Under the pieces are notes generated by a model. That model worked only from the letters and a program-made list of their open reading frames with translations, was not told the DNA's origin and did no database searches. A DNA stretch of 64,000 nt from Mustelus asterias (Eukaryota), in assembly GCF_964213995.1 (NCBI RefSeq), contig NW_027590142.1, positions 434,001 to 498,000 on the forward strand. Reading direction: 5' to 3'. Both the position numbers and the translations under genes were made by a program. Positions 38,207-51,138 of the stretch are shown in pieces (positions within the stretch are counted from its first letter, which is position 1; every line of letters starts with the position of its first letter).

Positions 38207-38242
38207 GGCTCGTTGGTCTAGGGGCATGATTTTCGCTTTGGG
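38207..38242 (+). pseudogene. 5' half of tRNA-Pro(TGG), truncated by CR1
   Basis: ggctcgttggtctaggggcatgattttcgctttggg differs at two positions from the recalled vertebrate tRNA-Pro 5' half. The 3' half is absent. Confidence 0.8.
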
Positions 38243-38370
38243 CATTAGAGGTTGACTGGGACAGCCATCGTATTAGACGGTTGGATGGAGCGAAATTTGT
38301 TGAGTGTATTCAGGAGGAATTTCTCATTCCCGAAGAGAGGGGGCAAAACTTTACTTCCTCTTGGGAAATA

Positions 38371-41300
38371 ATGTGTTGTTTCTGCATTATGTGGGAGCTG
38401 GTGGACCCCACTGTGGTTCCCAGTGAGCATGTCTGCAGTAAGTGTTGGTTGCTTGAGGTACTCCGGCTCAGGGTTGATGAGCTGGAGTCTGAGCTTCAGA
38501 CACTGCGACATATCAGGGAGGGGAAGAGTTACCTGGACGCTGTGTTTCAGGAGGCAGTCACACCCCTTAGACTAACTAATTCAGCCGGGGGTCAGGGACA
38601 AGAGGGTGTGGCTGCGAGCAAGGCAGGAAGTGGGATCCAGAAGGTAGAGTTGCAAGAGCCTCAGTCCCTGAATCTGTGCAACAAGTTTGAGATTCTTGCT
38701 CCCAGTGTGGACGGGAACGGGGGCTGCAAGGAGGATGAGCAAACTGCCCACGGCACCGTGGTACAGGGAGCCGTTCAGGTGGAGGAAGAAAAAAGAAATG
38801 TAGTGGTAATTGGGGATAGTGTAGTTCGGGGCATTGACACTGTTCTTTGTGACCAAGATTGAGAATACCAAAGGTTGTGTTGCCTGCCTGGTGCTCGGGT
38901 CCAGGATATCTCATCTGGGCTGCAGAGGAACTTGGATTGGGAGAGTAAGAATCCAGTTGTAGTGGTCCACGTAGGTGCCAACGACATAGGCAGAACAGGA
39001 ACAAAGGTTCTGCAGAGGGAGTATGAAAAGCTAGGAGCCAAATTAAAAAGCAGAACCAACAAGGTGGTAATCTCTGGATTACTACCTGAGCCACAAGCAA
39101 ATTGGCGTAGGGTCAATAAGATTAAGGAGGTAAATGTGTGGCTCAAAGATTGGTGTGGGAGGAATGGGTTTGAATTCATGGGACATTGGCACCAGTATTG
39201 GGGAAGATGGGACCTGTTCAGATGGGATGGTCTTCGTCTGAATCATGCTGGGACCAGAGTCCTGGCGAATCGTATAACCAGGGCTGTAAATAGGGCTTTA
39301 AACTGAATAGTGAGGTGGGGAGGGGGGGGGGTGTGAGGGAGGGAGGGTTCAGGGGTATGGGGAATTACAAAATCAAAGGTAAAGGAGAGGGTACGAGTGA
39401 GGGTTAATGATGAGGACATTCACCGAGTTAAAGGAGTCAAGGGCTCAGGCAGAGTGAAAAAGGTGACAAACACAAGAAGGGAGGTGGTTAACGCACTGCA
39501 AGGAGATGGTCTGGGGAAGGATAACCAGTTTGCGACAGGTAGGGACAGAGCGTGCAATCAAAAGAATGCACTAACAAATCAGGTCCATATAAAGGCCAGC
39601 ATAAAGACACTTTATCTGAATGCACGTAGCATTTGAAACAAAGTGAATGTGTTGATGGCACAAATCAGTACAAATGGGTATGATCTAGTGGCCATTACAG
39701 AAACGTGGTTGCAGGGTGACCAGGACTGGGAACTGAATATCCAGGGGTATCAGACATTTCAGAAGGATAGACAGGAAGGAAAAGGAGGTGGGATAGCTCT
39801 GTTAATTAAAGATAACATCAGGGCGGTAGTGAGAGACGATATAGGCTCTCAGGAGCAGAATGTGGAATCGTTGTGGGTGGAGATAAGGAATAGTAAGGGG
39901 AGAAAGTCACCGGTGGGTGTGGTCTATAGGCCCCCAAATAATAACTTTGAGGTGGGTCGGGCTACAAAAAAGCAAATAATGGATGCGTGCAAAAACGGAA
40001 CAGCAATAATCATGGGGGATTTTAACCTGCATATTGATTGGTTGACTCAAGTCGGACACGGTGGACTTGAGGAAGAGTTCTTAGAATGCTGTCGGGATAG
40101 TCTCCTCGGACAGTATGTTACAGAACCTACGAGGGAGCAAGCTATCTTGGATTTGGTCCTGTGTAATGAGACAGGTAAAATTAATGATCTTCTTGTGAGG
40201 AATCCTCTTGGAATGAGTGATCACAATATGGTTGAATTTCTAATACAAATGGAGGGAGAGAAAATAGGGTCCCAAACCAGTGTCCTCTGCTTGAACAGAG
40301 GGGAGTACAATAGGATGAGGGCAGAATTGGCTAATGTAGACTGGGAGCGCAGACTAGTTGGTCGGACAGCTGAGCAACAGTGGCGGATATTTAAGGAGAT
40401 TTTTCTCAGTAGTCAGCAAAAATATATTCCTGTGATAAAGGGGAAATATGAAGACATAAGGCAGCAAATTAGAGGAGTAAATTGGAAGGAGGGATTCTCG
40501 GGGAAATCTACTGAAGAGAGGTGGCAGTTTTTCAAGGAATGTCTGTCTAGGGTTCTACAGGACAATGTTCCGAGCAGACAGGGAGGAGTTGGTAGGTTAA
40601 AGGAACCATGGTGCACGAAAGCTGTGCGGGACCAAGTCGAGAAGAAAGGAAGCGTACAAAAGGCTCAGAGAGCTTGGCGAAGATAGGGATTTAGAAGAGT
40701 ATACGGCTTGTAGGAAGGGACTAAAGAAGGAAGTTTGGAGAGCCAGTAGGGGTCACGAGAAAGCCTTGGCAAGTAGAATTAAGGAAAACCCTAAGGCGTT
40801 CTATAAATATGTGAAGAGTAAAAGGATGAGACGTGAAGGAATAGGGCCTATAAAAGGTGAAGACGGGAAAATCAGTACGGAACCAGTAGAAATGGCAGAG
40901 GTGCTTAATGAGTATTTTGCCTCGGTTTTCACAGAGGAGAAGGACATGGATGGATGTACTGTGGGCTTGCAGTGGACTGAAAAGATTGAGTATGTGGACT
41001 TTAATAAAGAGGTTGTGCTGGAATCTTTGAATGGCATCAAGATAGATCAGTCGCCGGGTCCGCATGAGATGTACCCCAGGTTACTGTGGGAGGTGAGGGA
41101 AGAGATTGCAGAGCCTCTGGCAATGATCTTTGCGACGTCGATGGAGACGGGAGAGGTGCCGGAGGATTGGAGGATTGCGGATGTGGTTCCTATTTTCAAG
41201 AAGGGGAATAGGGATAGCCCAGGAAATTACCAACCGGTGAGTCTAACCTCAGTGGTTGGTAAGCTGATGGAGAAGATCCTGAGGGACAAGATTTATGAGC

Positions 41301-43327
41301 ATTTAGAGAGGTTTAGTATGCTCAAGAATACTCAGCATGGCGTTGTCACAGGCAGATCGTGCCTTACGAGCCTGGTGGAGTTCTTCGAAAATGTGACTAA
41401 ACACATTGACGAAGGGAAAGCGGTAGATGTGGTTTATATGGATTTTAGCAAGGCGTTTGATAAGGTCCCCCATGCAAGGCTTCTCGAAAAAGTGAGAGGG
41501 CATGGGATCCAAGGGGCTGCTGCCCTGTGGATCCAGAACTGGCTTGCCCAAAGGAGGCAAGATGGAGGTATAGATGGGTCTTTTTCTAAATGGAGGTTGG
41601 TCACCAGTGGTGTGCCCCAGGGATCTGTTCTCGGACCCTTGCTGTTTGTCATTTTCATAAATGACCTGGATGAGGAATTGGAGGGATGGGTTGGTAAGTT
41701 TGCCGACGACACGAAGGTTGGTGGGGTTGTGGATAGTCTGGAGGGATGTCAGAAGTTACAGAGGGACATAGATAGGATGCAAGTCTGGGCGGAGAAGTGG
41801 CAGATGGACTTCAACCCAGATAAATGCGTAGTGGTCCATTTTGGCAGGTCAAATGGGATGAAGGAGTACAATATAAAGGGAAAGACTCTTAGTACTGTAG
41901 AGGATCAGAAGGACCTTGGGGTCCGGGTCCATAGGGCTCTAAAATCGGCCCCACAAGTAGAGGAGGTGGTTAAGAAGGCGTATGGTGTGCTGACCTTTAT
42001 CAATCGAGGGATTGAGTTTCGGAGTCCGGGGATAATGATGCAGCCATATAAGACCCTCGTCAGACCCCACTTGGAGTACTGTGCTCAGTTCTGGTCGCCT
42101 CATTACAGGAAGGATGTGGAAAAGATTGAAAGGGTGCAGAGGCGATTTACAGGGATGTTGCCTGGATTGAGTGGCATGCCTTATGAGGATAGGCTGAGGG
42201 AGCTCGGTCTTTTCTCCTTGGAGAGACGTAGGATGAGGGGAGACCTAATAGAGGTATATAAGATGTTGAGAGGCATAGATCGGGTGGACTCTCAGAGGCT
42301 TTTTCCCAGGGTGGAAATGGCTGCTACGAGAGGACACAGGTTTAAGGTGCTGGGGTGTAGGTGCAGGGGAGATGTTCGGGGGAAGTTTATCACATGGAGG
42401 GTGGTGGGCGAATGGAATTGGCTGCCGTCAGTGGTGGTGGAGGCAAAGTCAGTAGGGTCTTTTAAGAGACTCCTGGATGAGTACATGGGACTTAATAGGA
42501 TGGAGGGTTATAGGTAGGCCTAAAAGGTCGGGATATGTTCGGCACAACTTGTGGGGCCGAAGGGCCTGTTTTGTGCTGCAGTTTTCTATGTTTCTATGTT
42601 AAAGAAGGAATGTAAGAAAAGGGATAACCAGCCGTGGATAACTAAGGAAATAAAGGAGAGTATTAAATTAAAAACCGATGCGTACAGAGTGGCCAAAACT
42701 AGTGGGGGATTAGAAGGTTGGGAAAGCTTTAAAAAACAACAAAGAACGACTAAGAAAGCGAGAAAGAAAGGAAAGATAGATTATGAAACTAAACTAGCAC
42801 AAAATATAAAAACTGATAGCAAAAGTTTTTACAAATGTATAAAAAGGAAAAGAGTAGCTAAAGTAAATGTTGGACCCTTAGAAGACGAGAAGGAGGATTT
42901 AATAATGGGAAACGAGGAAATGGCCAAGGCCTTAAACAAGTTTTTGTGTCGGTCTTCACGGTAGAGGACACAAATAGCTTACCGAAAATTGACGGTTGTG
43001 GGACTATAGGGGGTGAGGTCCTTAAAACGATTACTATTACTAAAGAGGTAGTGCTTGGTTGGCTAATGGGACTAAAGGTAGACAAGTCCCCGGGCCCGGA
43101 TGGAATGCATCCCAGGGTCCTGATAGAAATGGCAGAAGTAATAGCAGATGCGTTGGTTGTAATTTATCAAAATTCACTGGACTCTGGGGATGTGCCAGCT
43201 GATTGGAAAACAGCTAATGTGATGCCACTGTTTAAAAAAGGAGGTAGACAAAAGGCGGGTAACTACAGCCCGGTTAGCTTAACATCCGTAGTTGGGAAAA
43301 TGCTGGAATCTATCATTAAACATTTCT
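38371..43327 (+). mobile_element. Long CR1 element (ORF1 with Cys motif, coiled coil and SGNH esterase; ORF2 EN to partial RT), interrupted and 3'-truncated
   Basis: ORF1 38371-39306 has GDS, HVGANDI and DGLRLN, with one stop at 38860. ORF2 has LYLNARSI, ITETWL, GDFN and SDHN, and resumes at 42605. Confidence 0.9.
40441..42599 (+). mobile_element. Younger CR1 nested within the CR1 ORF2; contains a 583-aa RT ORF (40766-42517)
   Basis: TSD taaag at 40436-40440 and 42600-42604. (TTCTATGT)n tail. RT motifs PQGSVLGP and FADD are intact. Confidence 0.9.
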
Positions 43328-44278
43328 AAAACAAAAAGGTAAAAGTTATGGTCAATTGAGCCAGGATTGTATTCTGGGACCTTCCTGTCCAGAAGTCCAG
43401 AAGTAACATCAGCTGAGATTGTAACTGAGCAGCAGAAACCCATCTTCTGTTCTATTCCCCCAATTCCCACAAAATAGTTTTTAGATTTGGGTGAGTTTGT
43501 ATAAAATTGACAGCGGTGGAGATTCAAGACACTTAACAAGTGAATAAAGGCAAAAGATTCCACAGATTCTGCACAAACAAAATAAACTTTACTATACACA
43601 ATGATAAAGGGAAAACAAGTTACAATATGTGGAAGGTAAAACATTCAAGGACTTTAGAGAGGAAAGGGAGATGGGATGGTAGTTTACAAGGGCATGTGTC
43701 AAAGATATTTTATTGAGAAGTGGGTGATGATATTGGATTTGAAGGAGAGGAAGATATTGGCAATATCAGCTGATATGGAGAAGTTGTGCTGTCAGTAGGA
43801 CAGTGGGAATAGGATTGAGGGATCAAGAGATGGGTCTCATGGGCAAGATGAGCTCTAAGAGGACATGAGGGGAGGCAGGAGAGAAACTGCAGAAAGATGA
43901 GAGTTCAGAGCTCAGACAAAGGGCAGCGTTAGAGGAGGTTTGTTCCAGTGAGTTAGGGGAAGGAGGGAAGCAGGAGAGACAGCTGATTGGATTGTCTCAA
44001 ACTTAGTAACAAAGAAGATTGTGAGTTTTATTCCCAATGAGCACTTGCGGGGAAGTGAAGCTGGATGAGGGACAATGGGAGAGCAACTCAAAAGGAATTC
44101 AGTTGTGCTGATGATATTAAAAAGATTCACAGTACTGAACACAAAGATAATTTATTTGACTTTTATTCAGAATATTAAACCGTATAACTGGCTGGAGTTC
44201 ATTAACATCAACAAAAACAAACGCAATGAACATATTACAGTCCTGGATAGGATTAGCAGCAGATTCCAATCACTGTGG

Positions 44279-45484
44279 TTACTCGTGAATTCTTTGGTGT
44301 CTAAGCAGGTAGGATGACCGAGTGAATCTCTTCCCACTCTCAGAGCAGCTGAATGGCCTCTCCCCAGTGTGAGCTCGCTTGTGTCTCAGCAGGGTGGAGG
44401 ACTGAATGAATCCCTTCCCACATTCAGAGCAGGTGAATGGCTTTTCCCCAGTGTGGGTGCGCTGGTGTAGAATGAGATCATATGATCGCCTGAACCCAGT
44501 CCCACAGTGAGAGCACCTGAACGGTCTCTCATCAGTGTGAACACGTTGATGGGAAGTCAGTTCACCAGAACTTTTATAGCACTTCTCACAGTCAGAGCAT
44601 TTAAAAGGTCTCTCCCCGGTGTGAACTCGCTGGTGTGTCAATAGGTGGGATGACCGAGTGAATCCCTTCCCACAGTAGGAGCAGGTGAATGGCCTCTCCC
44701 CAGTGTGAACTCGCTGGTGTTGCAGCAGGCGGGATGACCGAGTGAATCCCTTTCCACACTCGGAGCAGGTGAATGGCCTTTCCCCAGTGTGGATGCGCTG
44801 GTGTAGAATGAGATCATATGATCGCTTGAACCCAGCCCCGCAGTGAGAGCACCTGAATGGTCTCTCATCAGTGTGAACACGTTGATGGGACATCAGTTCA
44901 TCAGAACTTTTATAGCACTTCTCACAGTCAGAGCATTTAAAAGGTCTCTCCCCAGTGTGAACTCGCTGGTGTGTCAATAGTTGGGATGACCGAGTGAATC
45001 CCTTTCCACACGCGGAGCAGGTGAATGGTCTCTCCCCAGTGTGAACTCGCTGGTGTACAGTGAGGTTATGTGAATGCTGGAACCCAATCCCACAGTGGGA
45101 GCACCTGAATGGTCTCTCATCAGTGTGAACACGTTGATGGGACATCAGTTCCCAAGAACTTTTGAAGCACTTCCCACAGTCTGAGCATTGGAAAGGTCTC
45201 TCATCAGTGTGAACTCGCTGATGAGTAAATAGGTGGGATGACTGAGTGAATCCCTTCCCACACTCAGAGCAGGTGAACGGCCTCTCCCCAGTGTGACTGC
45301 GCCGATGAGTTTCCAGCTGGGATGGGGAATTAAATTCCTTCCCACAGTCCACACATTTACACAGTTTTTCCATGGAGTGACTGCACTTACGTTTTGACAG
45401 GCCAGACGATCGGCTGAAGCCTCGTCCACACACAGAACCCGTGTACGGATTCTCCCCACTGGGAATAGTGCTTTTTCCTTCCAT
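44279..45484 (-). CDS. C2H2 zinc-finger protein (12 canonical and 2 degenerate fingers; no KRAB seen)
   Basis: ATG at 45484 (MEGKS). Repeated CxxC...H...H fingers with TGERPF/TDERPF linkers; the ORF is open. Confidence 0.9.
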   Translation of the reverse strand: MEGKSTIPSGENPYTGSVCGRGFSRSSGLSKRKCSHSMEKLCKCVDCGKEFNSPSQLETHRRSHTGERPFTCSECGKGFTQSSHLFTHQRVHTDERPFQCSDCGKCFKSSWELMSHQRVHTDERPFRCSHCGIGFQHSHNLTVHQRVHTGERPFTCSACGKGFTRSSQLLTHQRVHTGERPFKCSDCEKCYKSSDELMSHQRVHTDERPFRCSHCGAGFKRSYDLILHQRIHTGERPFTCSECGKGFTRSSRLLQHQRVHTGERPFTCSYCGKGFTRSSHLLTHQRVHTGERPFKCSDCEKCYKSSGELTSHQRVHTDERPFRCSHCGTGFRRSYDLILHQRTHTGEKPFTCSECGKGFIQSSTLLRHKRAHTGERPFSCSESGKRFTRSSYLLRHQRIHE

Positions 45485-45907
45485 GTTCAAAATCCACTGA
45501 TATTCAGTTATGATAAATTAGACGACTCTGGCAGTTCCTGGTATGATATTTACTTTCAGTTTCCTGACTGCAAATCGTCCCCTTCTAGTCCCTGTGAAAC
45601 TGATTCAAAACAGAAAAAAGGGGATTGAGAGAAAACCCATAGAGACAGGTGATGAACAGAGTCCAGACCGAAGCAACAATAAAAATAAAACACGCAGGAG
45701 GCCAGGAACTGAGGATCATCAAGATATTCAGCAGACTGGGCAGCCTGTGAGAGTTACAAACATTATTGAGGACTCAGGTTGCTGACTTGCCCTCAGTCTA
45801 TAATGAAACATCTAGAGTCAGGCACTGACTAATGGCGGTCACATTTCCCACAATGCTCTGCACCCCAGAAACCCCTCTATTCAAAAGTTGCTCACCGCAA
45901 TTCACTA

Positions 45908-46710
45908 ATCATCGAATCCTTACAGTGCAGAAAGAGGCCATTTTACCCATCGAGTCTCGACTGACTCTGAGAGCATCTTTCCCAGGCTCACCTCCTGTCC
46001 CAGTAACCCCACGCACTTACTCTGCTAATCCCCATCCTGAACTTTTTCTTCACCCTGCCTGCAACCACAACAATATATTCTGTACCCGACTCTTTTCCTT
46101 CCCCCCTCTGTACTTTACCAAGTTATGATTTTTTTTTCTGTATAACACGCAAGAAATAATTTTCACTGTATCCCAGAACACGCAACAATAATAAATCAAA
46201 TTAGACCCTATACATCTTGGGACGCTAAGGGACAAATTTAACATGGTCAATTCACCGAACCTGCACACCTTTGGGCAGTGAGAGGAAACCAGAGCACCCA
46301 GAGGAAATGCACACAGACAGGGGGAGATTGTGCAAACTCCACACCTGAGGTGAAGATGTTGGACTGGGGTGGGCACAGTAAGAAGTCTCACAACACCAGG
46401 TTATTTGGAACCACGAGCTTTTGGAGAGCTGATGAAGGAGCAGCTTCGACAAACGGTCATCTGGACTCAAAATGTCAGTTATTTTCTCTCCTCACAGATG
46501 CTGCCAGACCTGCTGAGATTTTCCAGCATTTTCTCTTTTGGTTTCAGATTCCAGCATCCGCAGTAATTTGCATTGATTCCAAATAACTTATTGGACTTTA
46601 ACCTGATATTGTAAGACTTCTTACTGTGCAAACTCCACACAGTCACACACCCATGGCTGGAGTCGAACCCTGGCGCTGTGAGGCAGCAGTGTGAATCACT
46701 GTGCCACAGT
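45908..46710 (-). mobile_element. HE1-like SINE interrupted by a PLE-like insert (46345-46624, 16-bp TSD)
   Basis: tgtgcaaactccacac is duplicated at 46329-46344 and 46625-46640. Confidence 0.75.
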
Positions 46711-47539
46711 GAAGGGAGTTTGCAGCAAATTTCGGGTGATAACAATGGGCTGGATGTTGCTCAGAATGTGGAGCACTGCAGCAAAGTACAGAGAGACAGA
46801 GACAGAGCAGCAAACTGGACTGAGAAATGGAGTCTGCAGACTGGAACTGGCAGCATGAGGAGAGGTTATTTAGTCTAACACTCACAGCAATCTACAACCC
46901 ACCCCCATTACCGAGACAGTGAGACAGAGATTACAAACACTCACCAACACAGCTCCACTGAAACGTCCCAGGAAAAAGGGGGAATCTGTGGCTGTTCCTG
47001 TCCTGAAATAGCCCCAGGACTGTCACTCAAACCCCCAACCCGGCCCAGTTCACAGCTCAGCCTCTCAGCTTGCAGCTTCCTGCACTTCGAGCCAACCCTG
47101 TCCAGGTGTGGGAGGGATGTGGAACCACAGAGTGTGGGGAGGGGTGACCTCCTGCTGTGCCCCAAATAGTTTCTCCTTCCCCTCCCCCATGGCGCTCTAA
47201 GCTCTCAATGTGGACGGGTTGCTGGACTTTGCAGAGCCTCACTGAGCAGCGCTTGTCCCTTATCCTGGGTCACCCCTTCCCCCTGGGTTCAGTGTGTTCA
47301 GTTCGCTGCTTCTTTCCCTGCTGAACCTTCAGTTAATCAAAAACAGGAAGTGCTGGAAAACCTCAGCAGGTCTGGCAGCATCTGTGATCATCCAGACTGG
47401 AAGTATTAACTCTATTCTCTCTCCACAGATGCCGAGATTTCTAGCATTTTCTGTTTCTGTTTCAGATTCCAGCACCCGCAGTATTTTCAGCACTCTGCGT
47501 CCAGGGCAGGAAGCAGTGAGCATGGATTTGTCAATCACA

Positions 47540-48050
47540 CATGAGGACGGCCTCAACCGGGATCTTGGGTTCATGTCACACTATCTGTAACCCCCACAAC
47601 TTGCCTGGGCTTGCAAAATCTCACCAACTGTCCTTCATCTGACGAAGGAGCAGCGCTCCGAAAGCTAGTGGCGTTTGCTACCAAATATACCTGTTGGACT
47701 TTAACCTGGTGTTGTTCGACTACTTACTGTGTTTACCTCAGTCCAACGCTTGCATCTCCACATGCTTGCAAAACACACCTCTTTAATCTGTGCTTAATCC
47801 TCTCTCCACTCACATTGTCTGTACCTTTAAGACTTGATTACCTGTAAAGACTCACATTCCAACCATTATCTTGTAAATTGAGTTTGTGTCTTTATATGCC
47901 CTGTTTGGGAACACGACTCCCACTCACCTGATGAAGGGGCAGCGCTCCAAAAGCTTGTGGCTTGTGCTCCCAAATAAACCTGTTGGACTTTAACCTGGTG
48001 TTGTGAGACTTCTTACTGTGCTTACCCCAGTCCAACGCCGGCATCTCCAC
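47540..48050 (+). mobile_element. Penelope-like element 3' region with two tandem terminal repeats
   Basis: Two copies of ...ctga(c/t)gaagg.gcagcgctcc.aaagc...cctgttggactttaacctggtgttg. Interior matches 16295-16560. Confidence 0.7.
47635..47671 (+). ncRNA. Minimal hammerhead ribozyme motif
   Basis: UCAU-CUGACGA-A-GGAGCagcGCUCC-GAAA-GC-UA-GUGG. Confidence 0.6.
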
Positions 48051-48477
48051 ACTCTGAGTGGAAACAGAGAGAAGTAGGAGAGGCCGGAGGTGAGGAGAGA
48101 GATTTTATACATCTACAACTCAACAGGAACTTTGACAGAATTTCCAAACCCTGTGAACACCATCAGCTCCAAGTTCCTCTCCAACCCACACACCACCCTG
48201 ACTTGTCTGACATCCAGTACTGAAAGAACAGAAATTTATTTCATTTAAATACTGGGAAGACTGAACCCATTGTGTTCAGTCCCCACTATGAACTCCACTC
48301 CCTCACCAACAACTTTATCTCTCCTCCTGGCAACTGTCTGAGGCTGAACCCGGCTGTTCACAACCAGGGTGAAATAGTTCATCCCAAGATGAGCTTCCAG
48401 CCACATGTCCACATCATCATCAGAGACCACCTTCATTCATAGAAGCATTAATAGTAATTAATTAACAATAATGAATA

Positions 48478-48775
48478 ATAAAATACAGTGTCGAAGGAGG
48501 CCATTCAGCCCATCGAGCCTGCACCGACAACAATCCCATCCAGGCCCTATCCACATATTTACCTGTTAATCCCCCTGATACCAAGTGGCAATTTATCATG
48601 GCCAATCCGTCTAACCGGCACATCTTTGGACTGTGGAAGGAAACCAGAACACCCGGAGGAAACCCACACAGGCACGGGGAGAATGTAGAAACTCTGCACA
48701 GACAGGGACCCGAGGCTGGAATTGAACCCGGGTCCCTGGCGCTGTTAGGCAGCTGCACTAACCACTGTGCCACCG
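48478..48775 (-). mobile_element. HE1-like SINE
   Basis: Same family head and core. Confidence 0.75.
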
Positions 48776-48830
48776 GGCCACATGTCAGTGCCATCGCCCG
48801 ACTCCAGCCCAGTCTCAGCTCATCTGGAAC

Positions 48831-48995
48831 CCTCACCCATTCCATTGTGACGTCACACCCTCACCCATTCCATTGTGACGTCACACTCTCAACCATTCCA
48901 TTGTGACGTCACACTCTCACCCATTCCATTGTGATGTCACACTCCCACCCATTCCATTGTGACGTCACACTCTCACCCATTCCATTGTGACGTCA
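48831..48995. repeat. 28-bp minisatellite x6 containing the CRE palindrome TGACGTCA
   Basis: Unit (c/t)ctcacccattccattgtgacgtcacac; 5 of 6 copies have a perfect TGACGTCA. Confidence 0.92.
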
Positions 48996-48999
48996 GGGC

Positions 49000-49520
49000 T
49001 TCCCTCTCCAATCACAATCCCTGCCGGCCTCCCACATGCAGCCTCAATGGCGGCAGTCAGCCCGGGTCTAACACTACAAGCTGCCGCTCCATTTGGTACA
49101 AAGGGGGGGACCGGGAAGTTCATTTCCGGGGTTTGGGTTTGAACAACATGTTTACAAAGTCTCTCCACCACCCGCCACATTTATCATTCCCCGTGCGCCG
49201 CCCTCTACCTCGTATTGATCTCGCTTCCAAGTTAAAACCGTCCGTCTGTCCGTCGCCATTACCCGCACTGCGCATGCTTCAGGCCCCGCCCCTCATTCAC
49301 TCCGATTGGTTGGAGGACCTGCCGCTCTCGCTCGGTCCTCCAGTCCCGCCCCTCGTTCACGCCGATTGGTTGGAGGACCTGCCAGTCCCGCCCCCTCTTC
49401 CTATTGGTCCGGAGCTGCCGTCAATCAGTCCCCGGGCATTGTGATGTGGAGCATGCGCATTGTCATTGCTGTTCTTGGCGCTTGTTTGTCCCGGAGAAGC
49501 GGAGTCAGCGTTAGGCGGTG
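49000..49520. promoter_or_regulatory. CpG-rich, probably bidirectional promoter between the divergent ZNF genes
   Basis: CCAAT boxes (gattgg x2, tattgg), GC boxes (ccgccc), NRF1-like tgcgcatgc/gcatgcgca, ETS-like ccgggaag/ttccgg, and YY1-like atggcggc. Confidence 0.65.
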
Positions 49521-49751
49521 GCTGGGAGGATTTGGAAACACTTTGTGGATCCGCAAACCCTTCAGAATCATTGTCAGCTCCCTGGTTTGCAGCTGCGGGG
49601 CTTCTCCCTCCCTCCCAGGAACAGGGCCAGGTGGGCGGGGAGGATTCATAAACACCCGCTGGAGGCCCCAACAGCCCCAGTAAAAAGCTGCAGCTCCCTG
49701 CAGTGACCAGGAGAGAAAATACCCATTAAAATAGCAATTCTCCCAATGTAT

Positions 49752-50066
49752 TTCATAGAATCTCTACAGTGCTGAAGGAGGTTATTCGGCCCATCGAGTC
49801 TGCACTGGCAACAATCCCACCTAGGCCCTATTCCGGTAACCCCACATATGTAACCTGCTAATCCCTCTAACATACTCATCCCAGGACACTAAGGGGCAAT
49901 TTAGCATAGCCAATGCACCTAACTAGTATCTCTTTGGACGATGGGAAGAAACCGGAGCATCTGGAGAAAACCCAGGCAGACATGGGGAGAACGGGCAGAC
50001 TCCACACGGACAGTGACCCAAGCTGGAAATCGAGCTGTGAGGCAGCAGTGCTAACCACTGTGCCGC
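49752..50066 (-). mobile_element. HE1-like SINE
   Basis: Same family. Confidence 0.75.
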
Positions 50067-51138
50067 CTACATTGCTGATGAGAATTTTAATTTACTGACT
50101 TGGGAATTAATTCTCGGGAATAGTCATTCTGAAAATGACCATTAAAATGTGTTTTAATTTACCACATAATGCCAGATTTCAGTTTGCATTTCAAAATTGA
50201 ATTGGGAATGTCTGGGAGCAAATGGTAAAATGAGGTTTGAGACACCAGCTGCAATTATTTTCTGTGACTGATGATACCTTTGTTCCTGTGCAGGAGGTAA
50301 TTCCCCTGGTGCTGTGGCACAAATAAAATGGAGCCTTTCCTCGGAACAGGCCCATGTTAATGGTCACCGTGGTGTTTCATTGGTGAGCAGGGCACATGTG
50401 CCCATTGTGGTAACAACAGTCAGTGGGGCTGCACATCCCCTGACTTGGAAGGAAAATAATTGACTCCTTGATTGTACTCTCAATCTGTACATGGTCTGGA
50501 GGACTGAATCCAGCTGGAGGGAGAGGGAGCTGGGCTCAGAGTGGAGATGGGGCAATGAGTTTGATTTCAGCTCAGGGACAAGAGAGAGTGTGGGATGGGG
50601 ATTACAGCTCAAGATAAATAAGATGGAGAAATGTTTCGTGGAAACTGAAATTGTCTGTTCTCAAGTAATTTTTTAAAACTCTTTTTGCAGGGAACTACAA
50701 GAGGAGGATTCACAGACAGGAAACAAACTAAACTTCAGATCAAAGTCTGACAGAACCATTCGATTCATCATGACCTGAATATGATTGCTTTTGACAGTGG
50801 AGGGAGAAATCATTCCCTGTTTTGTCAGTGGGAGAAAATTTCAAAATTCAATGTGACAGAAAAAGAACTGAGACACACACACACACACTCCAGTGAACTG
50901 ACTGTGAATCGAGCTTTAACCAGTTACACAGCCTGAAAAACATCACACCATTCACAGTGGGGAGAAACCATACACATGGTCTGTATGTGGATGAGGCTTC
51001 AACTAATCATCCAACCTGGAGAGACAGAAGGACACCAGCACCATGGACAAACCGTGGAAATGTGAGGATTGTGGTAAAGGATTCAATTATCCATCCCGGT
51101 TGGAAACCCATTGACACGGTCACATTGGGGCTGGGAAA

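Noticed and set aside
40766-42517. 583-aa RT ORF as a host gene or novel RT system
   Set aside because: Ordinary CR1 ORF2 with tail and TSD; many decayed paralogues occur in the window.
48831-48995. CRISPR-like appearance of 28-bp repeats with an internal palindrome (also 53462-53710)
   Set aside because: The units are head-to-tail with no unique spacers, there are no cas genes, and the DNA is vertebrate.
48959-49706. Cluster of overlapping ORFs
   Set aside because: Explained by stop-poor, GC-rich promoter DNA.
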